The position numbers and the translations under genes are program-made. This document shows positions 1 through 10,130 of a stretch of 64,000 nucleotides of DNA, in pieces. The stretch lies in NCBI GenBank assembly GCA_050298595.1, contig JBNKUM010000008.1, forward strand, positions 1 through 64,000, read 5' to 3'. Below the pieces are notes generated by a model. It was not told the DNA's origin. It saw only the letters and a program-made list of their open reading frames with translations, and did no database searches. Position 1 is the stretch's first letter. Each line of letters opens with the position of its first letter. The stretch is from Gammaproteobacteria bacterium. GTDB taxonomy: Bacteria > Pseudomonadota > Gammaproteobacteria > GCA-001735895.

Positions 1-13
1 TAGTAAAAAATCT

Positions 14-2143
14 TTACCCCCGCATCCAGCGATGAAACTTACCCACCCACTCCAGCAGTTTTTGTGGCGCATGTGCGCGTTTCCATTCCCCTGCTACATA
101 TTTATTCGCTTCGGCTAATGTTGGGTAGATATGTATAGTGCCAAGGATTTTGTTCAGGCCCAGACCATGTTTCATTGCCAGTACGTATTCAGCAATCAAG
201 TCTCCAGCATGTTCACCCATGATGGTGACACCAAGGATTATATCCTTGCCGGGGACGGTCAGCACCTTGACCAGACCATGTGCTTCACTGTCGGCGATAG
301 CTCGATCCAGGTCATCGATACCAAAGGTCGTGACTTCGTAGGCTATACCCTGTTCTTTGGCTTCCAGTTCATTGATACCAACACGCGCGACTTCGGGCTC
401 GGTAAAGGTTGCCCAGGGAATGACAGAATAATCGGCCTTAAAGCGCTTGAAGATGCCAAATAGTGAATTGATCGAGGCATACCAGGCCTGATGCGCTGCA
501 GTATGGGTAAACTGGTAAGGTCCTGCAACGTCACCGCAAGCATAAATAGTTGGAATACTGGTTTGCAGGTATTCATTGACTTCGATGGTGCCTCGCGGCG
601 TCAGATTGACACCCAGTTCCTGCAGGCCGAAGCCCTGGGTATTTGGCGCGCGTCCGACCGCCACCAGCAGGCTATCAAACGGCAGTTCTACATCTTGTCC
701 CTGATGCTCAGCTATCAGGATATTTTGACCATCGCGCTGAATGAATTTTTTCGCCTTATGGCCAACCCGAACATCAACACCCTCCTCCTGGAATTGCTTT
801 GTCACCTTTTCAGAGACCTCTGGATCTTCACGTATCATGATGCGCTCCAGCATTTCTACCTGAGTGACCGATATGCCCAGTCGATTAAAGCTCTGCGCCA
901 GTTCACAGCCAATCGGTCCGCCGCCTAGCACCAGCAGGTTGTCAGGTTTTTCGCGCATCTGCCACAGGTTATCAGAGGTGTAGTATTCGATATCCTGTAT
1001 GCCTTCAATCGGAGGTACAAAAGGTTTAGCTCCAGTGGCGACAACGATATTGCGAGCAGTAATCGTTTGACCTTTAACCTCTACTGCATAGGGTGAGATA
1101 ATTCTGGCTTCACCCTCAATGACATCAACTCCCAGTTTTGTATAACGCTCCACAGAGTCATGCGGTTCTATCGCGGTAATGACCGATTGCACACGCTCCA
1201 TCACTTCGGCAAAATCAAATTCAGCATCGGCTTTTTTGATCCCAAACTCCTGACTGCGACAAATATGCGAGAGAAATTTGGCGGAGCGGATAATGGCTTT
1301 GGAAGGTACGCAACCGGTATTCAGGCAATCACCTCCCATTTTATGTTTCTCGATCAGGGTGATTTTTGCCTTAACAGCTGCTGCAATATAGGCCGTAACC
1401 AGTCCAGCAGACCCGCCACCTATAACGATCATGTTGGTATCAAATTTTTCGGGTTTGGGATGACCTTGCATGACTTTTCTCAGCTTGATGGTGTTAACTA
1501 TCTTACGACCTACAAATGGTAGCAGAGCCAGTAAAACGAATGAAAAGATGATCTTAGGTGAGGCTATACCTGACAGAGAGTCTATCTGCGTCAGTTGAGT
1601 ACCCGCATTCACATAAACTATGGTGGCAGCGAACATACCCAGCTGACTGACCCAGAAAAAGGTCCAGGTTTTTAAACTGGTTAATCCCATCAGCAGATTG
1701 ATCACGAAAAAAGGGAACGCAGGTACCAGTCGCAATGCAAACAGGTAAAAGGCACCGTCCTTATCTATACCCTGATTAATGGTTTTAAGTTTGTCGGGAA
1801 ATTTCTGCTGAATCGTATCTCGCAATACATAACGAGAAATGATAAAAGCACAGGTTGCTCCTATGGTACTGGCAAACGAAACCAGGATTACGCCGGAAAA
1901 TAAACCGAAAATAGCACCAGCGGCTAAGGTCATCACAGTAGCGCCCGGTAAAGAGGCTGCAGTAACGACAACATAGAGGGCAAAAAAGCTGATTAGCGTC
2001 GTTAAGGTATTCTGATGATAATAGGAATTCAGAGAAACTTGCTGTGATTTTATGTAATCCAGCGTCAGATACTGCCCAAGGTCGAAACTAAAAAAGACTA
2101 CAACCATGCTCACAAGAACGAGCAACATCAGGATTTTTTTCAT
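14..2143 (-). CDS. DedA/TVP38 (SNARE-associated) membrane domain fused to a pyridine nucleotide-disulfide oxidoreductase (dihydrolipoamide dehydrogenase/mercuric reductase-like)
   Basis: N-terminal VTT-type motifs (LPGATVMTLAAGAIFG, LRLVPAFPF). C-terminal GGGSAG, redox-active GGDCLNTGCVPSK, GGGPIG and HIYPTLAE. Confidence 0.9.
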   Translation of the reverse strand: MKKILMLLVLVSMVVVFFSFDLGQYLTLDYIKSQQVSLNSYYHQNTLTTLISFFALYVVVTAASLPGATVMTLAAGAIFGLFSGVILVSFASTIGATCAFIISRYVLRDTIQQKFPDKLKTINQGIDKDGAFYLFALRLVPAFPFFVINLLMGLTSLKTWTFFWVSQLGMFAATIVYVNAGTQLTQIDSLSGIASPKIIFSFVLLALLPFVGRKIVNTIKLRKVMQGHPKPEKFDTNMIVIGGGSAGLVTAYIAAAVKAKITLIEKHKMGGDCLNTGCVPSKAIIRSAKFLSHICRSQEFGIKKADAEFDFAEVMERVQSVITAIEPHDSVERYTKLGVDVIEGEARIISPYAVEVKGQTITARNIVVATGAKPFVPPIEGIQDIEYYTSDNLWQMREKPDNLLVLGGGPIGCELAQSFNRLGISVTQVEMLERIMIREDPEVSEKVTKQFQEEGVDVRVGHKAKKFIQRDGQNILIAEHQGQDVELPFDSLLVAVGRAPNTQGFGLQELGVNLTPRGTIEVNEYLQTSIPTIYACGDVAGPYQFTHTAAHQAWYASINSLFGIFKRFKADYSVIPWATFTEPEVARVGINELEAKEQGIAYEVTTFGIDDLDRAIADSEAHGLVKVLTVPGKDIILGVTIMGEHAGDLIAEYVLAMKHGLGLNKILGTIHIYPTLAEANKYVAGEWKRAHAPQKLLEWVGKFHRWMRG

Positions 2144-2253
2144 GGCGATTACTTCTTATTGTAGCGTTTTAAGCAATGGTTAGTAGTGCACACCAGAATT
2201 TAAGCTGAATCTCTGGACTATCTGCTAACTCCTTATGGTATAACTTTTAATAG

Positions 2254-2742
2254 TTACGCTTTCTTTGGATAATCATAATCCGATAAAGTGCCATCAGACT
2301 GGACAATTTTTTTCCATTCCCCATCAAATTCGATTGTTGCAATCGAACAGGTGGGCATATTTGAAGTGTGATAACCACACAGAAAATTCAAAAAAGCAGT
2401 CATATCAGGATTGTGTCCGACCAACATCAGTGTATTGATTTCAGGGTCACAGTTCCGTACCAGTGATAACATTCTGTCGATACCTGAAAAATACATATCT
2501 GAATCAATTTGAATTCTATCATGATCGTAATTAATCGAGTCTGCCAGATAGTGTGCGGTAGTCAACGCCCTTAATGCCGGGCTAGATATTAACCGCTCGA
2601 CTTCCACATCATTCAGTTTTAGTCGTTCACCCATAGCAAGAGCACTGCTATGCCCGCGTTTATTCAATGGACGCTGTTGATCGCTTAAGGACTGATCCTT
2701 CCAGGATGATTTAGCATGTCGAACCAGATAAAGTGTTTTCAT
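2254..2742 (-). CDS. sixA: SixA-like phosphohistidine phosphatase
   Basis: RHAKSSW histidine-phosphatase motif, SSPALRA, LVGHNP. Confidence 0.85.
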   Translation of the reverse strand: MKTLYLVRHAKSSWKDQSLSDQQRPLNKRGHSSALAMGERLKLNDVEVERLISSPALRALTTAHYLADSINYDHDRIQIDSDMYFSGIDRMLSLVRNCDPEINTLMLVGHNPDMTAFLNFLCGYHTSNMPTCSIATIEFDGEWKKIVQSDGTLSDYDYPKKA

Positions 2743-3872
2743 TTTTGCATCATGGATAAGGGTTGATTCTGCTGATCTGCATTTTCAGCCGCCCATTGTA
2801 AAATCTCTGATTCGTCCCCTCTGAAAATAACCTCTACCGGTTTCTTTTTCAGTTGATACTGATACATAGGGTCATAATATTGCTCCAGTAGTAGCTGAAT
2901 ACCTTCATCAAACCCCTGGCTCTCGCCATGACTGAAAAGTTGTGCCAACGCATTCGAAAATACCTGATAAATCATTTGATATCTTTCACCCCCTAATCTA
3001 TTTTTGATACGGGTGAGATTATCCAGCACGAAACGGCTAAACTCAGTCTCGGCCTGTTCGGCAAATTTCTGTTGATATAGTGGCCAGTTGAACTCGATAT
3101 AATCTTCGCGAATGATATCTACACGCTGTTGCACCGAGCGTTGAAGAAAGATACGTGGAGAGACTTCCATCTTTTTATAGAATTCACTCGGTGTAAGAAT
3201 ACGGCCTATCATCTTGCCCTCATCCTCAAGTACTACTGGCGTTTGTGGATAATGATGGCGATGCTTAAGAAAGGTGATAGAAAGCTGGTTTTCGAAATCT
3301 ATCTGCGCCGGTTGAGTATCGTGCACATCGCGTCCAAAAGCCGAGCCTCGGTGATTGGCGAGACCTTCCAGATCGACATAGTACTGCATCTTCTTCAGCA
3401 CTCGGGTTTTACCTGAACCCGTCATGCCGCTGAGAATAATAAAGGGTATCTGCTGCTGACTGATTTCCAGTTGTTGCAACAGATAGCTGCGCATCGCCTT
3501 GTATCCACCCTTAATCAACGGGTAGTCTATGCCCTGCTCTTTCAACCATGCCTGGGTGGTACGTGAACGTAAGCCCCCCCTGAAACAATATAGATAGCCA
3601 TCAGGGTGTTTATCGACAAAAGCCTTCCAGTGTTGCAATCGCTGTGCGCGAATCTCAGCAGTCGCCAGTTTCAGGCCCAGTTCAATCGCTTCATCCTGCC
3701 CAGCATCTTTATAGCGCTTGCCGATTGCTTCACGCTGTTCATCATCCAGTAGAGGAACATTCACGCTAGTAGGGAAAGCACCCTGATTGAATTCAATGGG
3801 GGCGCGAACATCCATCATGGGAGTATCGTTTAGAAATAATGCGCTAAAATCTTCAGTATCAGGACGAGACAT
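2739..3872 (-). CDS. mnmH: tRNA 2-selenouridine synthase
   Basis: Rhodanese domain (DVRAPIEF, YCFRGGLRS), P-loop GMTGSGKT and DLEGLANHRGSAFG. The ATG at 3872 overlaps the rlmKL stop (TAATG). Confidence 0.93.
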   Translation of the reverse strand: MSRPDTEDFSALFLNDTPMMDVRAPIEFNQGAFPTSVNVPLLDDEQREAIGKRYKDAGQDEAIELGLKLATAEIRAQRLQHWKAFVDKHPDGYLYCFRGGLRSRTTQAWLKEQGIDYPLIKGGYKAMRSYLLQQLEISQQQIPFIILSGMTGSGKTRVLKKMQYYVDLEGLANHRGSAFGRDVHDTQPAQIDFENQLSITFLKHRHHYPQTPVVLEDEGKMIGRILTPSEFYKKMEVSPRIFLQRSVQQRVDIIREDYIEFNWPLYQQKFAEQAETEFSRFVLDNLTRIKNRLGGERYQMIYQVFSNALAQLFSHGESQGFDEGIQLLLEQYYDPMYQYQLKKKPVEVIFRGDESEILQWAAENADQQNQPLSMMQK

Positions 3873-6100
3873 TAAAAAGTGATCTCCCAACACTGATGAA
3901 TCTTAGGTCGACGTTTGAAATCTTCAGGAATAGTCTGGACTGTGATGTCTTTTACCTGATAACGTTTAGAAATGTCTGCATTCAGTTTGAAACCTTTCTT
4001 ATTGGTTGAAAATATCAGCTTGCCGTCTTTTTCGAGTAGTGCCATGGATTGCTGAATCAGCTTTGCATGATCACGTTCAATATCCAGTATCTCGTTCATT
4101 TTTTTGGAATTAGAAAATGATGGGGGATCTAGAAAAATCAAATCAAACTTACCATTAACGCCATAACGATTAGGCTGGCGTAAAAGTTCGATGCAATCCC
4201 ATTGCAGGAACTGGTACTTTTTCTCATCGGTAAGATCGTTTAATTCGAAGTTCTCTTTCGCCCAGTTGATATAGGTCCCCGACATATCGGCACTAACGAC
4301 TTCACTGGCACCGCCTAGAGCAGCCTGCACACTGACCGATGCGGTATAACAGAACAGGTTGAGTACTTTCTTATCTTTAGCCTGCTCGAAGATGCGTTGC
4401 CGAGTGCTTCGATGATCCAGAAATAGGCCTGTGTCCAGATAGTCTTCCAGATTAACCAGAAGTTGCGCAGCCCCTTCGCTAACCTGTAATAGCTCACCGC
4501 GTCGGCCCTGCTTTTCGTATTGCTGACTACCGCGTTGACGTTGGCGTAATTTACAAAACAGCTGCTGGTCAGTGATATTGAAATATTGCTTTACGATTTG
4601 TTGTGCGAGTTGAATACGATGTGCAGCTTTCTCGGCATCAATAGTTTTTGGTGCCTGATACTCCTGCAAATGGTACCAGACTCGATCTGCTTGTTGGCTG
4701 CTACTATATCGATCAAGTGCAAACGAGAACTCTGGTAAATCTGCATCGTAAACGCGATAGCAACTGACCTGATTTCGTTTAGCCCATTTTGACAGATGCT
4801 TATCATTCTTCTTCAGTCGGTTCAGCAAGGCATTGGCTTCCTGATCCTGTGGGTCGAAATCGATGACTTTGGGTTTAGTCTGCTCTACTGTTTGTTCAAC
4901 GCTAGCAGGTCTCGCTTCTGACTTTTCAATATTGAATGAGGCAAAAACACAGCTTAGCTGACCATTGTTGACCGATTTTTTATAACTGCGATTCAGACGT
5001 AGGCGGTGCAAAAGATCAGGGTTTGCTGAAATAATATTCAGCGTTGCATTCACTCCATTATCCGCAAAGGATTTAAATACCTTGCCCATCTGCGAATACA
5101 GTGTAGCCAGTCCCTGCTCTGCCTGCAGGCGTTCACCATAAGGCGGGTTGATGATAATTATGGGTGGTTTAGTGACTATATCATAAGTCAGATCATTGAT
5201 ATCACTACGGGAAAACTGAATCAGGTCATCAACACCCGCACGCATCGCATTATCGCGCGCAATTTCAATGGCTTTAGCATCCAGATCACTGGCCATAATC
5301 TCACAATCCGGTGAGGATTCAATGCCCTGCTCAGCTTCATCCAGACAGTTTTGCCATACGGTTTTATCATGTCCCAACCAGCGCAGAAAGCCAAAATAAT
5401 CACGATCCATTCCAGGAGGGATATTGGCCGCTATCATTGCTGCTTCGATAGCAAAGGTGCCGGAGCCACACATGGGATCGATCAGGCTATGTGTTTTTGC
5501 AGCCTCTCGTGTCCATCCAGACTGGACCAACAGAGCGGCAGCCAGGTTTTCTTTAAGGGGTGCGCCACTATGTTGTAATCGATAACCACGGCGGTGTAAC
5601 GATTGGCCCGATAAATCCAGGCTTATAGTCGCCATGTTTTTGTGGATGATTAAATGGATACGTACATCTGGGCGTTCTTTTTCAATAATAGGACGACTGT
5701 TGACGGTATTTCTAAAGTAATCCACCACCGCGTCTTTAACCTTTAAGGAAGCATAATGGCTATGATTAATATCTGAGCGAGAAAGCGTAGCCGCAACAGA
5801 AAAGCTACCACGGGAGGTTAAATGCTGTGACCAGTCGATATCGTAGACTTGCTGATAGAGGATTTCTTCATTTTCTGCTTTAAAGGTTTTTAGCGGCAGG
5901 TAAACCCGATTTGCAAGGCGTGAGAAAATACAGATTCTATAGGCTAGCTCTACCGTCCCTTTTAACTCAATGCCACCGTAGACCTTCTTAATCTGAATAT
6001 CAGGGTCATTAACTTTAGACAGTATTTCTCTGACTTCATGAAACAGTGCAGTTTCGAAGCCCTTGTGTCCTGTCACGAAAAAATTGTGGGTTTGTGTCAT
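3872..6100 (-). CDS. rlmKL: Bifunctional 23S rRNA m2G2445/m7G2069 methyltransferase
   Basis: THUMP domain, SLHRRGYR, DPMCGSGT, NPPYGERL; second methyltransferase domain with YLDTGLFLDHR and DPPSFSNSK. Confidence 0.95.
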   Translation of the reverse strand: MTQTHNFFVTGHKGFETALFHEVREILSKVNDPDIQIKKVYGGIELKGTVELAYRICIFSRLANRVYLPLKTFKAENEEILYQQVYDIDWSQHLTSRGSFSVAATLSRSDINHSHYASLKVKDAVVDYFRNTVNSRPIIEKERPDVRIHLIIHKNMATISLDLSGQSLHRRGYRLQHSGAPLKENLAAALLVQSGWTREAAKTHSLIDPMCGSGTFAIEAAMIAANIPPGMDRDYFGFLRWLGHDKTVWQNCLDEAEQGIESSPDCEIMASDLDAKAIEIARDNAMRAGVDDLIQFSRSDINDLTYDIVTKPPIIIINPPYGERLQAEQGLATLYSQMGKVFKSFADNGVNATLNIISANPDLLHRLRLNRSYKKSVNNGQLSCVFASFNIEKSEARPASVEQTVEQTKPKVIDFDPQDQEANALLNRLKKNDKHLSKWAKRNQVSCYRVYDADLPEFSFALDRYSSSQQADRVWYHLQEYQAPKTIDAEKAAHRIQLAQQIVKQYFNITDQQLFCKLRQRQRGSQQYEKQGRRGELLQVSEGAAQLLVNLEDYLDTGLFLDHRSTRQRIFEQAKDKKVLNLFCYTASVSVQAALGGASEVVSADMSGTYINWAKENFELNDLTDEKKYQFLQWDCIELLRQPNRYGVNGKFDLIFLDPPSFSNSKKMNEILDIERDHAKLIQQSMALLEKDGKLIFSTNKKGFKLNADISKRYQVKDITVQTIPEDFKRRPKIHQCWEITF

Positions 6101-6114
6101 GGTTTAATTATCTC

Positions 6115-6266
6115 ACCACAGAGGACACAGAGAGTACGGAGGTAAAACCTTTTTTGATAATAGCAATTGACTTCATTTATTTAGTGACCCAAATTTAATT
6201 TGATAAATTAGCAATAAGGTCTTTGTATACCATTCCAACATATTAAACCTCTGTGTACTCTGTGGT
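6115..6266. repeat. Intergenic inverted-repeat element
   Basis: accacagaggacacagag (6115-6132) and ctctgtgtactctgtggt (6249-6266) are reverse complements at 17/18 positions and enclose an AT-rich core. Confidence 0.75.
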
Positions 6267-6277
6267 TAAGTTAAAAC

Positions 6278-9200
6278 CTATAACAGCACCTTTTCCATCC
6301 CACCATGAGACATCTTGCTCAGGAAGCTATCCAGCCATTTTTCACCATAGTTCAAACGCGCCAGCTCTACCACAATGTAATCGGTACTCATGCCGGTCAA
6401 TTTCTCATAACGCGACAGACCTTGCTGACAGGCCGGACAGGAGGTTAGACATTTCACTTCGGCCTTATCATCACCGGCCTGTACAACCTGCCTGGCCTGC
6501 TGCATTGATTCCAGCTTACAGTTGAATAATTGATGCGCAATATCTGGACGCGATGTGGCCAAAGTACCTGATTCACTACAGCATCTGGTGGTCAATTCAA
6601 CCGATTGACGCATCAGCTTGCTGGCTACCTCTATCGGCTGCTGGTTCTTGATGGGTGTATGACAGGGATCGTGGTAGATATATTTGGTGCCAGACTCCTG
6701 ATTGATTTCAAAGCCTTTCTCAACCAGATACTCATGAATGTCCATGATTCTTGAACCGGGAAAGATTCGTTCGAATTCATATTTCTCCAGCTGATCAAGA
6801 CAGGTACCACAGGAAACAATGATAGTTTTTATATCCAGATAGTTGAGCGTATTGGCTACACGATGAAATAGCACTCGATTCTGAGTGGTGATCTGGTGTC
6901 CTTTATCGTGATGCCCAGCTGCTATCTGAGGGTAACCACAGCATAGATAGCCTGGCGGTAATACGGTTCTGGCACCCGATTCATACAGCATCGCAATCGT
7001 AGCCAGACCGACCTGACTAAACAGTCGCTCTGAACCACAGCCGGGGAAATAGAATACCGAGTCACGATCTTCCTGTGGCACTTCCGGGTTACGGATGATA
7101 GGCACCATCTCTGGATCATCTGCCGCCAGGATCTGGCGCATGGTTTTGTCTGGTACATTGGCCTTTACCGGATTGCGCACAAAATTGACAATCTGTTGCC
7201 GAACGACCGGCTTACCGTTAGATGCGCGTGCCTGTTCTTCTCGTTTAGGGGCCATACCCAGCGATTTCAATATCATGCGCAAGGTGCGAATAGATTTAAA
7301 ACCCCATTGCAGCATCAGTTTGCGCGATAGATTAATCAGACTTGGATCGTGTAGATTCAGGAACCAGATCGCCAGTATTGCTCCCAGACTTTTGCGACGC
7401 TGTTTGTTTTTGGTTAACAGCGTTCGCATGGCAATCGTGACATCACCAAAGTCGATATTCACCGGACAGGGGGTGAGGCACTTATGGCAAGTGGTGCAAT
7501 GATCTGCTACATCGTTCAATTCGTCAAAATGTCGATGAGACAGGCCACGCCTGGTCTGCTCTTCGTACAGAAACGCTTCGATAATCTGGCCTGCGGCCAA
7601 TATCTTATTTCGCGGTGAATAAAGCAGGTTGGCGCGCGGAATATGCGTCATACATTCGGGTTTGCATTTGCCACAACGCAGACAATTCTTGATGGAATCG
7701 TTAATTTCTCCCATCTCACTGTTTTCAAGAATGAGCGCTTCCTGTTCCAGCAAGCGTAATGATGGCGTGTAGGCATTGCCTAGCCCCGAGCCTGCCAGCA
7801 ATTTCCCCTTGTTAAAATGCTGCTCTGGATCGATCTGTTGCTTGTATTTGGCGAAAGCTTCAAGTTTGTCCGTTTCCAGATACTGGATTTTGGTCAGGCC
7901 AATACCATGTTCGCCGGAGATCACTCCGTTCAACGAGGTCGCCAGTTGCATGACTTCGTCTACAATCAGATCGGCCTGATGCAGCATTTCATAATTATCA
8001 GAATGTACAGGGATATTGGTATGCACATTGCCATCACCCGCATGCATATGTAATGCAACGAACAGGCGTGAGTCTTTGACCTTTTCGTGGATTTTCGCTA
8101 ACTGATTACGCATATCTGCGTATTCAAGTCCCGAGAATATTTCATCCATCTGCTTTTTGACCTGTTGCTTATAGCTAATCCTTAATTGATTACGCAACAG
8201 GCAATCGATCACTCTATCGTCTTTTTCGAATACGAAATCCAGCTGATCAGCAAAATTACTGGCCGGACTGTCGAAGTGCGCCAGCCATTGTTCCCATTGA
8301 GCTATCTGAGCAAGCAGACGGGTAATAGCAAAGTCAATCTTGGACAGAAATAATTCATCAGGATCGGCTGATTTCTTTATCTTTTTCTGACAATCACTCA
8401 GGTATTGTTTTAGCGCAATACAGATTTCTACCTTATTGCTGATCGATTGGCGGATATTGATGACTTCTATGCCACGACTGTATTCGCTCAGATTTTCCAG
8501 CGGGATGACCACGTCTTCATTGATCTTGAACGCATTGGTATGTGCTGAAATGGCTGCGGTACGTTTTCTATCAGCCCAGAATCGTTCACGTGCTGATTTA
8601 CTCACTGCGATAAAACCTTCGGCCTGGCGTTTATTCGCAAGTTCTACAACAGCTGAACAGATACTTGCCAGTAAGTCATCATTATCAGAAATGATATCCG
8701 CCAGTAGCAGCATCTTGGGCTGATCAGAACGATTGGCTTTGGTACTGTATTGAACCGCTTTTAAGTATCTCGCATCCAGATGTTCCAGCCCCGCGAGCAA
8801 TACCCCATCGGTTTGATCAATCAGATCCTTGATTTCTACAATAGCTGCCACATCCCTGCCTGAATCCTGATTAAAGAATTCCAGACACACGGTACGGGTA
8901 AACTCAGGGATCGGGTGTAATACAAAGGTTGCTGAGGTAATCAGGCCATCGCAGCCTTCTTTCTGAATACCAGGCAAGCCCGCCAGAAACTTATCGGTAA
9001 CATCCTTGCCCAGCCCAACCTTTCGAAAGATTTGACCCGGTATGGTTAGAATCTCAGGTTTGGATAGCTGTTTACCACTACGCCTGTCGGTACGTGTAAT
9101 TTCGAACTCAACCGTTTCCTGTAGATGGATCTTGCCCATATTGTGGTTGAGGCGTTTAACCTCCAGCCAGTTGGCATCTGCGGTGACCATCTTCCAGCTC

Positions 9201-10087
9201 AGCAGGTTATCCAGCGTGGTACCCCAGATAACCGCTTTCTTACCACCGGCATTCATCGCAATGTTGCCACCAATGGTAGAAGCATCCTGTGAAGTAGGGT
9301 CCACAGCAAAAGCAAGCCTTTGCAACCCTGCTCTTTCAGACACACGTTTGGTAACTACGCCGGCCTCGGCATCTATAACACAAGCCCGGGCATCGCTACC
9401 CGGTAGATTGATCTCTCGAACCTCACCCAGTTTTTCCAGTTTTTCCAGATTGATGACTGCGGTATTCTCATACAAAGGAATGGCGCCACCGGTATAACCC
9501 GTGCCACCACCGCGAGCGATGATGGTTAAATCCAGATCGATACAGCCCTGTACCAGATCGGCCATCTCTTCTTCGGTATCTGGATGTAGCACGACCATTG
9601 GGTATTCAACGCGCCAGTCGGTGGCATCGGTAGTGTGTGAAACCCGCGCCAGCCCGCTGAAATCGACATTATCTTTTTTAGTGAGACGCGTGAGTTTGCG
9701 TTTTATTTTAACGCGTTGTTGAAGTAACCAGCTCAGCCAGTCATCGAACTCCTTGACCGTTGTGCGCGCAGCTTCGAGTAGATCAAGCGCCTGTTGATTG
9801 TCATCCGCCCGCTTTTCAATCTGTTGTAGGCGATGATTTAACGCCTGGCTTAACTGTTTACGACGCTTCTGATCGGCTAGCAGATCATCCTGCAGATAGG
9901 GATTACGTCGTACCACCCAGATATCGCCCAGCACTTCAAACAGCATACGTGCCGAGCGACCAGTTCTCCGTTCGCCACGAAGCTGGTTTAGTACATCCCA
10001 CCAGCGTTCGCCCATCAGACGATTGACTATCTCCTTATCAGAGAACGAGGTGTAGTTGTAAGGGATTTCTCGAATACGATCAGACAT
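6278..10087 (-). CDS. FAD-linked oxidase / Fe-S oxidoreductase (DUF3683-type, GlcD/GlcF-like fusion)
   Basis: [13 protein letters not shown]-terminus, [25 protein letters not shown], two CxxCxxC Fe-S motifs and CCG domains. Confidence 0.88.
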   Translation of the reverse strand: MSDRIREIPYNYTSFSDKEIVNRLMGERWWDVLNQLRGERRTGRSARMLFEVLGDIWVVRRNPYLQDDLLADQKRRKQLSQALNHRLQQIEKRADDNQQALDLLEAARTTVKEFDDWLSWLLQQRVKIKRKLTRLTKKDNVDFSGLARVSHTTDATDWRVEYPMVVLHPDTEEEMADLVQGCIDLDLTIIARGGGTGYTGGAIPLYENTAVINLEKLEKLGEVREINLPGSDARACVIDAEAGVVTKRVSERAGLQRLAFAVDPTSQDASTIGGNIAMNAGGKKAVIWGTTLDNLLSWKMVTADANWLEVKRLNHNMGKIHLQETVEFEITRTDRRSGKQLSKPEILTIPGQIFRKVGLGKDVTDKFLAGLPGIQKEGCDGLITSATFVLHPIPEFTRTVCLEFFNQDSGRDVAAIVEIKDLIDQTDGVLLAGLEHLDARYLKAVQYSTKANRSDQPKMLLLADIISDNDDLLASICSAVVELANKRQAEGFIAVSKSARERFWADRKRTAAISAHTNAFKINEDVVIPLENLSEYSRGIEVINIRQSISNKVEICIALKQYLSDCQKKIKKSADPDELFLSKIDFAITRLLAQIAQWEQWLAHFDSPASNFADQLDFVFEKDDRVIDCLLRNQLRISYKQQVKKQMDEIFSGLEYADMRNQLAKIHEKVKDSRLFVALHMHAGDGNVHTNIPVHSDNYEMLHQADLIVDEVMQLATSLNGVISGEHGIGLTKIQYLETDKLEAFAKYKQQIDPEQHFNKGKLLAGSGLGNAYTPSLRLLEQEALILENSEMGEINDSIKNCLRCGKCKPECMTHIPRANLLYSPRNKILAAGQIIEAFLYEEQTRRGLSHRHFDELNDVADHCTTCHKCLTPCPVNIDFGDVTIAMRTLLTKNKQRRKSLGAILAIWFLNLHDPSLINLSRKLMLQWGFKSIRTLRMILKSLGMAPKREEQARASNGKPVVRQQIVNFVRNPVKANVPDKTMRQILAADDPEMVPIIRNPEVPQEDRDSVFYFPGCGSERLFSQVGLATIAMLYESGARTVLPPGYLCCGYPQIAAGHHDKGHQITTQNRVLFHRVANTLNYLDIKTIIVSCGTCLDQLEKYEFERIFPGSRIMDIHEYLVEKGFEINQESGTKYIYHDPCHTPIKNQQPIEVASKLMRQSVELTTRCCSESGTLATSRPDIAHQLFNCKLESMQQARQVVQAGDDKAEVKCLTSCPACQQGLSRYEKLTGMSTDYIVVELARLNYGEKWLDSFLSKMSHGGMEKVLL

Positions 10088-10130
10088 GCTTTGTAACTGG
10101 GCACCAAAAGCGTAGCATTATAACTGCAAT

